A DNA stretch of 63,890 nucleotides, the filler included, from Bigelowiella natans CCMP2755 (Eukaryota > Protista > Cercozoa): the NCBI GenBank assembly GCA_000320545.1. It is 5 parts of 5 records of this genome, joined end to end, with 100 filler letters (N's around TTAATTAATTAA, not from the genome) between each part and the next. Parts side by side here need not be neighbours in the genome. Positions count along the whole stretch, not along the records: positions 1 to 21,749 come from ADNK01003020.1; positions 21,850 to 32,141 come from ADNK01002837.1; 3 more parts are not named here. One strand, written 5' to 3'. Below, piece by piece: positions 11,682 through 23,919 of this stretch (position 1 is its first letter; each line of letters starts with the position of its first letter). The position numbers and the translations under genes were made by a program. The notes under the pieces are model-generated. The model had not been told where the DNA came from, ran no database searches, and saw only the letters and a list, made by a program, of their open reading frames with translations.

Positions 11682-13644
11682 ATGGTGTACTTTCTACTCA
11701 CTGCACTTTTGTTGTCCCAAGCACACGCAGGGGAAAACAAACCCAAGCCCAAGGCAGTAAGCAATCAGCAGCATCAACATGCTGCAAGCCGGAACATGAT
11801 GCGCTCCACTGCAGTCCGACCATGCGATTACTCGTAAGTTGTATTCTTTGGTTGGATTCAATAGAAGCAATTAAAAAACATTAAACCTGCCCCCTTTAAA
11901 CAGATGCTGCCCATGTGCAAAGAAATCTTTCAACTTTCGTCGAGTAAACGAATCTCAAGGTCATAGAATAATTCCTGTTCAAAATGTTTGATAGCCATGG
12001 ATGATACTAATTTTGACGCAAAAATGTAAATTCTTAAACTTCCTCTTTCACTCCAATAGAATGTATCCCTTGTTATGACTGGGTCGACTCGTGGGTATCA
12101 CCTGAGTACAAGGATTATTGCTCCACCACTAGCTGCTCTGAATCTCCATACGCTGCTTTCCCGTAAGCTAATTTGACTCCCTTTACTTGATACATGCGAA
12201 CACTGCCGAGGAAAGAAGCGCACATCCTTCTTCATGATCTCGTTTTTCTAAAGCCAGTTCATTATTTTGTGGGTACGTGCCATGGACTAATGTAACTTGA
12301 CTTTCCAGAAACGACTACTCTGTGATGTCTCGCGAGTACTACGAACCTGTCGATAATCCTGTCGACTACTATTACGCGGATGGCTCTGTGGTGAGACATC
12401 TTCCAGGCTACGGCAACGTCACTTATCCTCCAAACTGGGGAACTGATGAATACGGTTGTATGCGCTGCTAATGCCACTGCTGCACTTCCACTATGGGAAC
12501 GAACCATCTCCGGAACTAAATCATACATTTGAAAATTAGGTAATGGATGGGATCACGAACAATGCTCGCACTACTATCCGTATTACAGCACCTCGACCTT
12601 GCTCTCACGCCACCACAGACGTAAGTCACTTCAATACCATTCCACTCTAGTTTAATTCATTGACGGCCATTTCTTGCTGCCCTTTCCTTTTTCTGCTCAG
12701 GCTCAAACTCCAAAAATCAGGAGAGCGTTGCACAGGCTGCAAAGGCAGCAGCTGCCCTTGAAAGAAAGCACATCAGAGAAACAAACGGAGCAACAGTGCC
12801 TACTGTATTCAAGTAAGTTAGCATCTAACTGTAGCGTGTTCGAATAATGACTGAGATATCCTGCAACTCTCCTTCCACAGGAAGAAGCGCTCAAAGATGA
12901 ACCGGCCATGCAACCTCGACTGCTGCTCTTGTGCAAGTGACATGTTTGAATGGACCTCCCCAGAGATCGTAGATGGAAGCTGCATGTCTTGCAACAACTG
13001 GGTTGACACATACGTGTTCCCACAGTACCGCGACCACTGCAAGGTACTTCCAATAACATATGAGGGTTAAATCCTAAAAAGAGATGCAATGTAGTATCTA
13101 ACGAAATCTCGACACAATTCTCTATCAATAGTGCACTGCTGACCTGAAGCTGGAACCATACTACACCGTTGTCCCCCACGAGTACATCAAGTCTGAATGG
13201 GACTATCCTTCGGACACCGTCTACTACGCAAATAGGTCGTTTGCTAACTGCTCCATAATAACGCCACGAAATTCATCATGGCTTCGAAACCTTCTTGATT
13301 GATTTCCCCTTCGCTCAGCTCTGTGTACCGACATGTTCCTGACTTTGGAACTACTCGGTATCCTCTCGATTCCTGGCCTACTCCCTACTCAACCGTCTCC
13401 GGTGTTGATGCTGTGGTCGCACCAAAGAAGTCGGAGTACTACAGCAACTACAAGGGTGGACACTACTACTACCCAGACTATGCGTAAGTGCCCCCATCGC
13501 CAAACCGTTTTCATCAATCGCTCTTTGTAGGTTTGGCTTTGTTTTGACATTTAAATGAAATATAACAGATCGACCTACTATACCCCTCGCACTAAGACTT
13601 GGACTCCTGACACAGCTCAGTGGTTTTACGCGGACGGGTATTAA
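11682..13644 (+). CDS. Secreted Cys/Tyr-rich protein with two internal homologous modules; multi-exon, unknown function
   Basis: Signal peptide MVYFLLTALLLSQAHA. Short GT-AG introns join exons into two RPC-x3-CC-x-CA...C-x2-C-x2-WVD modules. Ends AQWFYADGY-TAA at 13644. Confidence 0.75.
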
Positions 13645-14918
13645 ATATGCAGCACATCGATTGATTTCTGCAATCGGCTATAGCTTCAGAGCTACGCAAC
13701 CTTTCATGTGTGTGCTGAAGAAAATTTGTTCGGTATTACCTAAATACAAAAATGTTGACACAACGATGTTGATCGCATAATAACATTGTATGTGCTACAT
13801 ATGTGTACATCGCGGCAAATAATTGGACGATAACATTATTTGCAGCACGCGCGTCATGCACAGCTGCCTACTGCCTACGCATGCACCCACCCTCGATTAT
13901 TGATGCAAGGTATTCCTGCTGGCTTGAGCCGAACAAAATTCTAATTAAGTCCATATCTGCTTACTTTTGTCATTATTCTACTGATGAATAATGGACAAAA
14001 AGTCACAAACAATTTGATTTGCTATACAGGGCTCACATGTGTGGAAATGCCAATGCGATCGAGCAACGATGTTATATGTGCATGGCATGCATGCATGCAT
14101 AGGAGCATTGACGCAAGCGTCAGTCCATCACTGAATGAGCATGCACTGCTTTATTAGACATGCTAGCATGATCGCTAGATAAATTCTACAACAACACTCT
14201 AGCACTGCATGAGCTACAGCGACAGTGATTGCGAACTGCGCTCGTAATTAGAGAATGATTGCAGCGCACCACAGCAGACCACGCTAGAGAGCGTGCCCGC
14301 CAGCACTGACTTGCATTGCTGCTGCCATGTCTAACACACAAACAGTAGAGTAATAAGGGGGAAACCTACGCTGTAACGCTGTCTAAAGATAGCCACATGA
14401 TGTTGTGCGCATATGCATACGCGACCACACAGACACAACGTATATGGCATATACACGATGTAAATATTATACGGACGGTGCCCATTGTTGCGCTTTATTA
14501 GAAAATATATATAATGTACGTACGCCATGAAAGGTTGTTATTTTTGAGGAAAAATATACAAAATTATTGGGCATAGCATTCATTATCACGGGAACAATTC
14601 CCCAAAAACCATGCCAGCGATATCAAGGACTACAAACTAATAGATCTCAATCTGCATCAGATCTAATGCTCGTTGCTTCCGACATTGGTACCTTGTTTCT
14701 CAGGCTCAAAGCTGTCGTCAGAATATTCCGAGCACATAGCCTGTAACAAAGGTTCGGTGCTGCAAAACACAGAAACAAAAATACTACAATCATAGATTGC
14801 TTTGTGTGACTGGTATCACAACAAGACACAACGCTTAAAAGCCGCTGCACCATCCAGCAGGACATAGCCCACGATGTCATACTTCGGTATATAAAACGAT
14901 TCATGCAGAGCTGCATCA

Positions 14919-16550
14919 TTACCTTTCAATCTGAGAGTCGTCGTAGTCCCACAAGACTTCAATTCTTCCCCGCATCAAGGCAAGTGTAAAGACAGGTGCG
15001 AGAACGCAAGGTGCAAGGTACACGAGAGCAGGTTGCGGTCTCCCAGTGAGTAGTTCCATAGCCTGTGTGAGAATGATACCTGCGACGTATCCTGCTGCTC
15101 CGAGTGCAAAGTAGCCTATCTTCTGCGGCGGCTCGGTGGCTTTGGTCCCCCCCCCTCCGGCCTTCCCTCTCCATCCCCACTTGGGAACCCAAAGATTCGT
15201 CCTGATGTCAATCTGAAGGAGATTCGATAGATACAATCCCGGGATGCCAATGTCACCAAGCCCGATTACGGCGTAGTGAATGCGCCTGAACTCTCCCGCA
15301 AGGTACGGGATGCGAATGAGCATTGGGGTAGCATACTTTCCTAAACCTGCTTCCGTGGTTTGCGAGAGCACACTCTCCTGGTACAAATCAGGGGAAAATA
15401 CCAGGAGAAACACGTTGTAGAGAAGGGCCAACGTGAGAAGGATCGTGGATCCCTTGATGCTTGGATGCACTATACGTTGCAGCATGAGGAGGAATGCGAC
15501 TCCCATAACATCGTGGAGGAACCAGCTGTACCACTCTGTTCGGAGTACGGCACCGAGGGAGGCGATGATACTGGCCGCGATTGCGCTCATGATCATCGCG
15601 AAACTCCACCCATCACAGCAGCACCTGACAGCTAAGGAGGGATGTATCGATTCCAGAAGCTCAGACGAGAGAGAGTATACACCCATGGCACCTGCGAGGC
15701 AGAATACCAGCTTAAGAACGTATTCAACTGCGTGTATGAACTTGAAGAGTACGACTAGGAGGATGGCAGAAACCATAATGAAGCCCCATGCGTATTTTTC
15801 ATTGAGAACCATTGGACCACCTACCAAGGTGGCAGTAGGATGGTTTTGAGGGCCTATATTATTGAGCTGAGAATAGTTGTTGTCTGTCTCTTGGAAGACC
15901 CCACTTGCAGACAAGTACGCACCCCCGATTATGGTGAGGATAGCCACCGAAGCAACGAGGATCTTCGCAATATCGTACAACGGAGGATCATACTTCATAA
16001 TCTTTCCTTGAATCGAAGCCCTCAGATACCTCTCCCCCCATCTTCTCTTCACTTTGAGGACTGGAATGTGCACAAGATGGCCGTTCGGCCCACTTCGCAT
16101 TCCATCTAAAACATCACCTTTGTCAATAATGACCACGGCAGCAGCTCCATATGCCTGTGCATTTAATGCTTTTCTCGCATAAGTGCAGTTCCCTTTCCAA
16201 AGTACTGCCACCTTATCGCGAACATGTCGCCAAGAGTTTCCTGTCGGTTTGCAGCCGTCCTTGGGGGTGAGCGGAACGAAGGTCAAGACCGAACTGTCCT
16301 CTAGGAACCGCTGCCCAAAATCTCCGTAAATTCCCACGCTTAAAGCTCGCCTCAGAGGTGCACCGGTGACTGCAACATCGACCGCAACAAGGGCAAAGCT
16401 AGATTTCAAGTTCTTGCTACTCGTGCTGCTACCTCTGCCGTATCCCCTCCTCCAAGAATTCAGAACCTTGGTTGGTATCCAATTTTGTTCCCCGGAGCAA
16501 AGACCTGTAAGAAATAGCCAAAGGGCGATTGTGGAGGACAACGACTTCAT
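14919..16550 (-). CDS. Signal peptide peptidase-like (SPPL2-type, PA domain + peptidase A22B), intronless
   Basis: Signal peptide, PA domain (KGNCTYARKALNAQAYGAAAVVI), multiple TM helices, GLGDIGIPG and QPALVYL motifs. The YD motif appears as YN. Confidence 0.92.
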   Translation of the reverse strand: MKSLSSTIALWLFLTGLCSGEQNWIPTKVLNSWRRGYGRGSSTSSKNLKSSFALVAVDVAVTGAPLRRALSVGIYGDFGQRFLEDSSVLTFVPLTPKDGCKPTGNSWRHVRDKVAVLWKGNCTYARKALNAQAYGAAAVVIIDKGDVLDGMRSGPNGHLVHIPVLKVKRRWGERYLRASIQGKIMKYDPPLYDIAKILVASVAILTIIGGAYLSASGVFQETDNNYSQLNNIGPQNHPTATLVGGPMVLNEKYAWGFIMVSAILLVVLFKFIHAVEYVLKLVFCLAGAMGVYSLSSELLESIHPSLAVRCCCDGWSFAMIMSAIAASIIASLGAVLRTEWYSWFLHDVMGVAFLLMLQRIVHPSIKGSTILLTLALLYNVFLLVFSPDLYQESVLSQTTEAGLGKYATPMLIRIPYLAGEFRRIHYAVIGLGDIGIPGLYLSNLLQIDIRTNLWVPKWGWRGKAGGGGTKATEPPQKIGYFALGAAGYVAGIILTQAMELLTGRPQPALVYLAPCVLAPVFTLALMRGRIEVLWDYDDSQIER

Positions 16551-16644
16551 GTCCTCAGCCCCCCCCTCTCATCGGTCGGGAGTCCTTCCTATCCTCGACA
16601 GTGAGATAAGACCTGAGGAACGATTCTCCGGAGATTCTCTGATA

Positions 16645-16861
16645 ATTTCCAGGGTTTTCCGATGTTTCTCGAGATTTCCTGGATCTCCAAAAGATCGACA
16701 GATGGGACCCACCACAGCAGCCAACATTCCAAGTTTTCAATCATGCTGGTTTCACCAGTCAGTCCTAGTTGAAATTTCAGCTCGAGGCACTGCATTTCGC
16801 ATTTTGCAAGTGCTAGTGCCACGCCACACTTTGGAAATGCAGTCGATCATCAAATTTTTTT

Positions 16862-16906
<45 letters not shown>

Positions 16907-17975
16907 GTTCTTCAATTTTTGCAACCCACCAATTTCCAGGCGCTTGCAACGTGCTGGCCAGGCTTTGACACTGGAGAGTCCTCGTTGTTTTCAGCTCGAG
17001 GTGTTGTCTTGCTTTCTTCTTTCTCTCCAACTTCCAATGATCCTTGGCTCACTTGGTGGTGTCAGTGGCTGCCACACCTCCAGGCCTGGCTGCAAGCACG
17101 CAGGGTGAACACGAATCTGGATTGAACCTTGAACCTTTGCACGTGCGCATGCGCTGTCTGCTTGTGTGCCCGCCTGTTTGAGGCGCCTGAACGCCAAGTG
17201 TCGCACCCAACTTGCTAGCTTGCCACCAGTGCTGGTGTGCCAGAGTGGCACACCTTGTTGGAACGTCGAACGAACACGAGGCCCCGCTAGCCCGAGCTGC
17301 CTCAAACACTCGTCAACCACGTGTGTGTGATCGCACGCACGCAGGTTCGAACGTGACAGACACAGCAACAGGACGTGTGACACGTGCATCACATTGCACA
17401 TCACACTGTGATGGACACAGCACTGCCAGACTGGAGCAGTGCTAGCAGTGGGATGCTGCACAACGTGTTGCAGTGTGTGTCACATTGCACGTCTGTCATG
17501 AGCACCTCCTTCTTCTTCTCCTTCCTTTTTTCCTTCTTGTTTCTCCTTCTGAACCAACACAACAGTGAACTTGAGGAAAATGATGCGAGCCATCGAGGAA
17601 CGAATTGATCGATGCAATCGCAAGAAAAAGTGCCTGACGTGTCGAGCCCTTTTCAAGGAGTGAAAACAGGCACGTGCGTGTCGACACGTGTGAGCAACGT
17701 GAGCCGAGGCAGCCAGACAGTTTCAATTTTTTTAACTCGTCCACGTGCATCCACGTCACGCACATGAAGACAAAAACTCGGCCAGCGTGTTGCACACAGC
17801 CGTGCGCGTGCTAGCCACAGCTAGCGCTAGAGCGTGGGGGGATGACAAAAAAATTGTGTGGCCGCGTGTCACAACATTGTCGCGAGGACAGAGGACAAAC
17901 AGATGAGTCCATGCCACCAGGACTAGCATAGAGGAGCACACGAGTATGTGCGCTGCGCTCACGTCTAGCTACGCA
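16645..17975. other. TpA-depleted intergenic island, probably a decayed repeat or TE
   Basis: Only 5 TA in 16645-17732, all in CTAG; CpG retained; overlying ORFs are His/Cys-rich and lack Tyr. Confidence 0.8.
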
Positions 17976-18055
17976 AGCTTCTGTGAAATTATGTGCCGGT
18001 AGACCGGTTCACAGCCCGTGCAGCAGAATTTGTGTTGTCTCACATGCAACGCACA

Positions 18056-18755
18056 TCAGTCGCCATCAGCCGACAGAAATTCAAGTTCATTTCCTTCTTG
18101 AACCAATTGTTTTTCCAGAGAGAGAAGAGCTTCACAAAACCCTTCGTTGGGAGTAATAATTTTACGAATTTTTCTTGTGTACATATAGGCCTTCTCAAAT
18201 GACCAAGCATTTTTCTTCATCAAATACGCAATGGTCACCGTAGCACTTCGCGACATCCCCTAAGTAATCCACATAGAAACAAGTTTAATCCATAGTGTAT
18301 GTAGCTGATCTCATTCATATGACACTATTTATTACCATGTTGCAGTGGATGTAAACTGCCTTCTTTTCCTTTATGATTTTCGTGATGAATTCGAATGAAT
18401 CCGAAAAGATTTTCGAAAGCTTAGATTTCTCCTTAGGATTGTCGCCCAGAGGAACATTGCAGTACTTAAAGTCTTTCTCAAATTTGTTTGATCGCGGAAC
18501 ACAACTCACAATTCCACCTATATTGCGATCAAGAAGTGTTTTTTTTAGACCATTGACCAGCTTCTCATCGTCTTCCTCGAAACGAGCCACATGGCCCGCC
18601 ACGCGTTCATTCCCCAAATAGATCGTCCCTTCGATAATTTCATGAAGGTGGGGATATGCACCCATTATCACGTTAGTTTCTGCCTGTTTGCGTTCATCTT
18701 CAGGAAGCGGTGGTAGGTCCTTTGGAAGTCTTGATGTGGCAGGTTTGGAGGACAT
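18056..18755 (-). CDS. Dual-specificity protein phosphatase, two exons (intron 18260-18335)
   Basis: Spliced active-site loop VYIHCNMGMSRSATVTIAYLM; IITPNEGF motif. Confidence 0.93.
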
Positions 18756-19305
18756 TGTGGCGTTTCCGGCTATTCAGCTCTTGGTTTCCTCTCATGGCCG
18801 TTCGTCCGTACAATGAACGCATAAGAATTAATGTCAGAATAGCGAATAGACCATGTCGCATAGATGAAAACAAATGCATCTAAATTAGCGAAGTTGCTCT
18901 CAGCACCTTAGTTTCTGAAAATTTGAAAAAAGAAGTGATTGGATGCGACGTGACAGCAAACTTGCGTGAGCTCGACTGTCGCAAGGATCATTTTTTGTTG
19001 AGGTTCTTTGGTTCACTTTTTTAGCGCGAAACATCTATACTCTCTATTCATCTATGCGGTATTAGAGCAGCAACATAATTTTTGCATGCGGATAACAAAG
19101 AGAATGACTGTATCCCTAAAACCTCTTAATATTTCTGTCGAAAATCTGACGGTGCTGATAGTCTCCGTTCTCTCTTTCTCTGGCGCCAGAGCACAAAAGC
19201 TCCCGCCACCTGAAACCTTGGCCTCAAGGGAAGAGCCTCATAGAGTACACCCGAAGCAGAGACCAAGAGTTACTCTTATAGGCCTATTGCAAAAAGTACG
19301 GAACC

Positions 19306-21749
19306 ATGGAGGCCGACTCTAAGCCGTTTCAAACACCAAACGATGCCGCCAAGTGCACAGTCGATGGGCAGCCGCGTTCACAAGACAACGTAAACAATGG
19401 AAACAAGGATCAAACCTCCCAACCGCCGACCCAAGCGGTGAATAAAGTTAAGGAGATGGAGATAGATGCTCCAGAGAAGGTAGTTATCATAAAGCAAAAA
19501 AGTCCACACGCCGTCAAAAAGACTGACTGACGGCGACGAGAAGCTGACAGCTGATGTCAGATGCCGTATTTTTCAGGTTAATGGTAATCAAACAAAAGAA
19601 GCTAAAGCAGAGAAAAAACTTGACGATTTACTACAGCGATCAAAAGTTTTTGCTGAATTCGTAGCTGGGAAGCGCCAGATGAATATGAGGTGTGATCCCG
19701 TTCGTGTTGCGTGTTGGCCAGCGCTTTTTCAACGCAGCTTTCTGACGGCGAAATGCTTTTTATTTGTGCCAGTTCTTCTAACAATAAGAAAAAAGGATCG
19801 AGTTCTAGAAGAGGCCGCATGCAGGAATCCGAGGAGGTAGTACCACCAGATCACGATTACATTGTTTCCAGTTAACCCAGACGTTATCCTTTACTTATCC
19901 CATTAGGATGCTATCCTCTTGAAGCAAGAAGGCAGTGATGAAACTCTCGATCCGGTGCTAATTAGTGCAGCTGTATAATCAAATATGACAACGGGTTCTT
20001 CTCACTTTTATACAAATATACGCAATGAGTTGGGATGCCTACATATGATGAAGCCATAATGAGAGTGCGACTACAAAGCGAGCTAGTCATCCCAAAATTT
20101 AAATTCACAAATCCTCCTCTCTCCCCTCCCCCATCAAAATAACGCAGGTCCGGTTGATGACCCAGCCATCGAACATTGAATTTGGGACAATGAGACAATA
20201 CCAACTGAACGCGCTCAACTGGATGATACGGCTCCATGATATCGGCTGCAACGGTACTGTGTTTACTGACTTCACACATTCTCTCTGGTGCAGAAACTTC
20301 CCTTCGTTTGACATCACCCCTTTTGCAGGTATTCTGGCAGATGAAATGGGCCTTGGGAAGACACTCGAATCGATCTCTTTATTAGCCTACCTCAAGCAGT
20401 ACCGTAAGGTATACCTCCGTGACTACTCCTCCTCCTCCTCCTCCTTCTCCTGCTGCTGCTCAGTGTTATGAAAATATATTCGTCAGGTGTGTGGCCCCCA
20501 CCTCGTGATTGTTCCAAAGAGTACCAGCGGTAACTGGATGCGAGAATTCAAACGATGGTCTGTTTAGTGCGATTATCACTATTATCTCTTTCAACACTTC
20601 TGACGACGATGATGACATGCCGCCTACCATCTGCAGGTGCCCCTCGCTCTCCTGCATGCTCTTTCACGGTAGTTATATTAAGCGCGTCGTTTCAGCAGAA
20701 TATTCTTCGTTGACTAACTGCTGATAGTACCGACTATGAATGATGAGTGATGTTGCCTCTGCCAAATGCTCGCCAGCAGAAGAAACGAAACTGTCATGCT
20801 ATAATCTCGCATTATTAAGAGGTGCTGCCGTCCTGAGATTTTCCTGGAAAACAACTATTGGCAGGATCGAAGGAGGAACGTGTACATTTAAAGCCTAAAG
20901 TAGGTAGCACAGACGTATGCGTCACAACATACTCGATGTGCGTGAGGGAGAAAAGCTGCATGTCCAAGATCAACTGGTAGGAGGAGGAGAGATTGCTAGA
21001 ACCGATGCTGCTTTTGTCTCGGCTGTAGGAAGAATGCCATGATGAAAATATCTGATATATTATTGTCATTATTAAACATTATTTATGTCTATTGTGGGGT
21101 TCTTCCCGCCGCAGGTTTCTTTACCTTTGATCATTTAACCAACTATTTTACCTTTCATCCACACTACTGACACTACGCCATCTATTTCTTGCTCGTTCTG
21201 TGTGTGTAGGTATTACATTTATATCGATGAGGCACATAGAATAAAAAACGAGGTTGCTGGCTGCCTAAAATGATGATGATGATGATGATGATGACCAAAC
21301 ATTAAGGACGAGAAATCAATCAATCTTCACCCAATATGATGCCAGTCCTAGATCATCGTCTTGGTAATATTCCCTCATATGCTGTCTTCTATATGTTTTT
21401 TGTTGTAGGAGGCTTTGCTTTCGCAAGTCGTACGGTCTTTTCCCTCAAAGCACCGGCTATTGATCACAGGCACACCGCTGCAAAATAATTTGCATGAGCT
21501 GTGGGCCCTCCTAAACTTTCTGCTACCGGATGTACGTTCGTACTCTTTTTTTTTCTTGGGGGGGGGGGGGGGGGTAGTAGGATTCGTGAGGCATTATAAT
21601 GATGTGCGTGTGGGGGTAAAAAGGGGGGGGGGGGGAAAAGGGGATTTTAAAAAAAAGGAAAAAACGGGAAAAAAGAAAAAGAAACTTTAATTAAAAGAAG
21701 CCTTTCCCCCATTTGATTTAAAAGGGTTTTGTCCCACAACTGGCCCACA
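19306..21749 (+). CDS. ISWI: ISWI-type SNF2 chromatin-remodelling ATPase, 5' part, truncated by contig end
   Basis: Exons read [85 protein letters not shown]. Confidence 0.88.
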
Positions 21750-21849
21750 NNNNNNNNNNNNNNNNNNNNNNNNNNNNNNNNNNNNNNNNNNNNTTAATTA
21801 ATTAANNNNNNNNNNNNNNNNNNNNNNNNNNNNNNNNNNNNNNNNNNNN
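21750..21849. other. Artificial contig spacer
   Basis: N-run with TTAATTAATTAA six-frame stop linker at 21794-21805. Confidence 0.97.
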
Positions 21850-21984
21850 TGCCGTGCCATGCCAGGGTCGGTCGTAGGAGGAGGCTTAACGGTCTTTCTC
21901 TCTCCGATCATTTCAATGCTCCTTTCATCCCTCACCTTGCAATGTTTCTATCACAGTCGCCCACTCAGTTCCTTTATGTGTTGC

Positions 21985-22023
<39 letters not shown>

Positions 22024-22264
22024 ATTGACTTTTTGCGCGCGCGCGTACGTACTCTGTGGTCTTGGGCGGGGGAAAAGGAGGACGCCATTGAGAACGCAAC
22101 AGAACGCTGGTAACCACCTCGCGGCCCTTACAACCAACGCCTTCCATGCAAAAAATCTGACGGAAAATACCATCTCGATCATCGCCCCCTTAGGTTCCTG
22201 AAGACACCAGACTGGGCACAGAACATGCCAGGTGTTACGACGAGAGATCTCGATAAGTATTGTG

Positions 22265-22306
<42 letters not shown>

Positions 22307-22346
22307 CCTCCAATTTAGATAGTGAAACACCCCTCTATCCCCTCAT

Positions 22347-22388
<42 letters not shown>

Positions 22389-23919
22389 GCACTCACTCAC
22401 GCACTCACTCACTCGCTCTCGTCGATCGAGAATCTACACGCACTCTCGACATTTAAATGATGCAGGTGTGAGCTTCATGAGCTGATCTTCGTAGAGGGCC
22501 TCGGGGGCACCTACTGCAAAGGCAGAGGTAGAGGTTAGAGCGCAACATCGACTCAGTTCTGCAAAGAGATTATAAAGCAGAAACAGCCTCGAAAGTAGTC
22601 CACAATGGCGCACTTGAACCCTCCATCTCCATCGCCTTTGATAGTTGTCACTGCCCGTGTGCTCTCTCATTCGAAAAGCTAGCGCCGCAGACCCGTTGCG
22701 AGTGCGGGCTGCAGAAGTAAATATCGACTATGCTTTTCCCCTCTCTTCATTCATGCGAGAGGTATGCAAAGCAAGATGATGCGCCAGATTTGAAACCCGA
22801 GTGTTGTTACCGGGGAATCTGGACGCGGAGAACCAAAGTCGATCACCGACGGCTGTCGCGGGGGATTATCGTTATGTACCATTATTTAACAAACATCTTG
22901 ATACGACCGCTGCTTCTATAAATCAGAAATAGCGCTGTATGCGTGCATACAGTCCATGCATGTGCCATAAGTTACTTTAATAATGACGAAATCCCATAGT
23001 ACGTCCCATGACAACAAAGCTGCGACAGTGACATGGGTAACGACGGCATGATGAGCCAAAAACAGTGCGTATCAATGCAAGCGCTTGTTGGGCCATGTGC
23101 TGCTCTAGTACTACATAGCGTGTACGATGTAATCATGTGGCACATGTGCATGTGTGTGTGTGTGTATGTGTGAGTATATGTATGTGCAATGTCATGAGTG
23201 CTCTGCTGCCGGGTCGCATTGGAATGACATTCTTCACAATAAGATTGAGGCCGCTCGCGCTTATGCATAATGCATGTGCACTCTGTTTGATCCGCAAAAA
23301 CAAACGAAAACAAAAAATTGAAGAAGCCGATCGATGTAAATACGTACAACAGCGTTCTGTGTGCCTCAGCACATTTGCATGCCATGTACATCTACTAGCA
23401 TGTAGCTGGATCCACCGCGAGTACCGTAGATTATTACATCACTCACGCGCATTGATCGTGCGCATATGTGCATGCAATGGCATTCTCGGCGGCTCGATCT
23501 GCATTGCACCTGCGACTGAACGCTATGACATGCTGATCTGGAGGATATATGGCAAAATCCTCGGTGACTGTAATGGTGCTGAGAAAGAGAGGATGCCGTC
23601 TCAGGCTTTAAATAAAGGAATATTTCTCCATGCATGCGATCGTATCATGTTGATGTCAAATCTAATATTTGATGGGCCATGAAAAAGAACACAGTGCTAG
23701 AATAGAAAAACCACATAAAAAAAAACACATCAGATTCAAAAGTACCGCTCATCAGGCTAGGCGCAGCCACACATGCTAGCATGTACTGCGCGGTTGACGG
23801 CATCATCACATGGCTGGTTTTGCCTTTTGCCACTCATCATGCATGTTATCTGTCGTGTAGCAGCACAACTAATCAAAATGCCTTGCTAATTGAACATGCG
23901 GCGGTGCAGTCGATCCCCA

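Noticed and set aside
16645-17975. CpG methylation decay or classical RIP as the cause of TG/CA richness
   Set aside because: CpG remains common and TpA is lost rather than gained, the opposite of both predictions.
21794-21805. TTAATTAATTAA motif recurring four times
   Set aside because: Always embedded in N-runs; an artificial six-frame stop linker. Adjacency across spacers is not biological.
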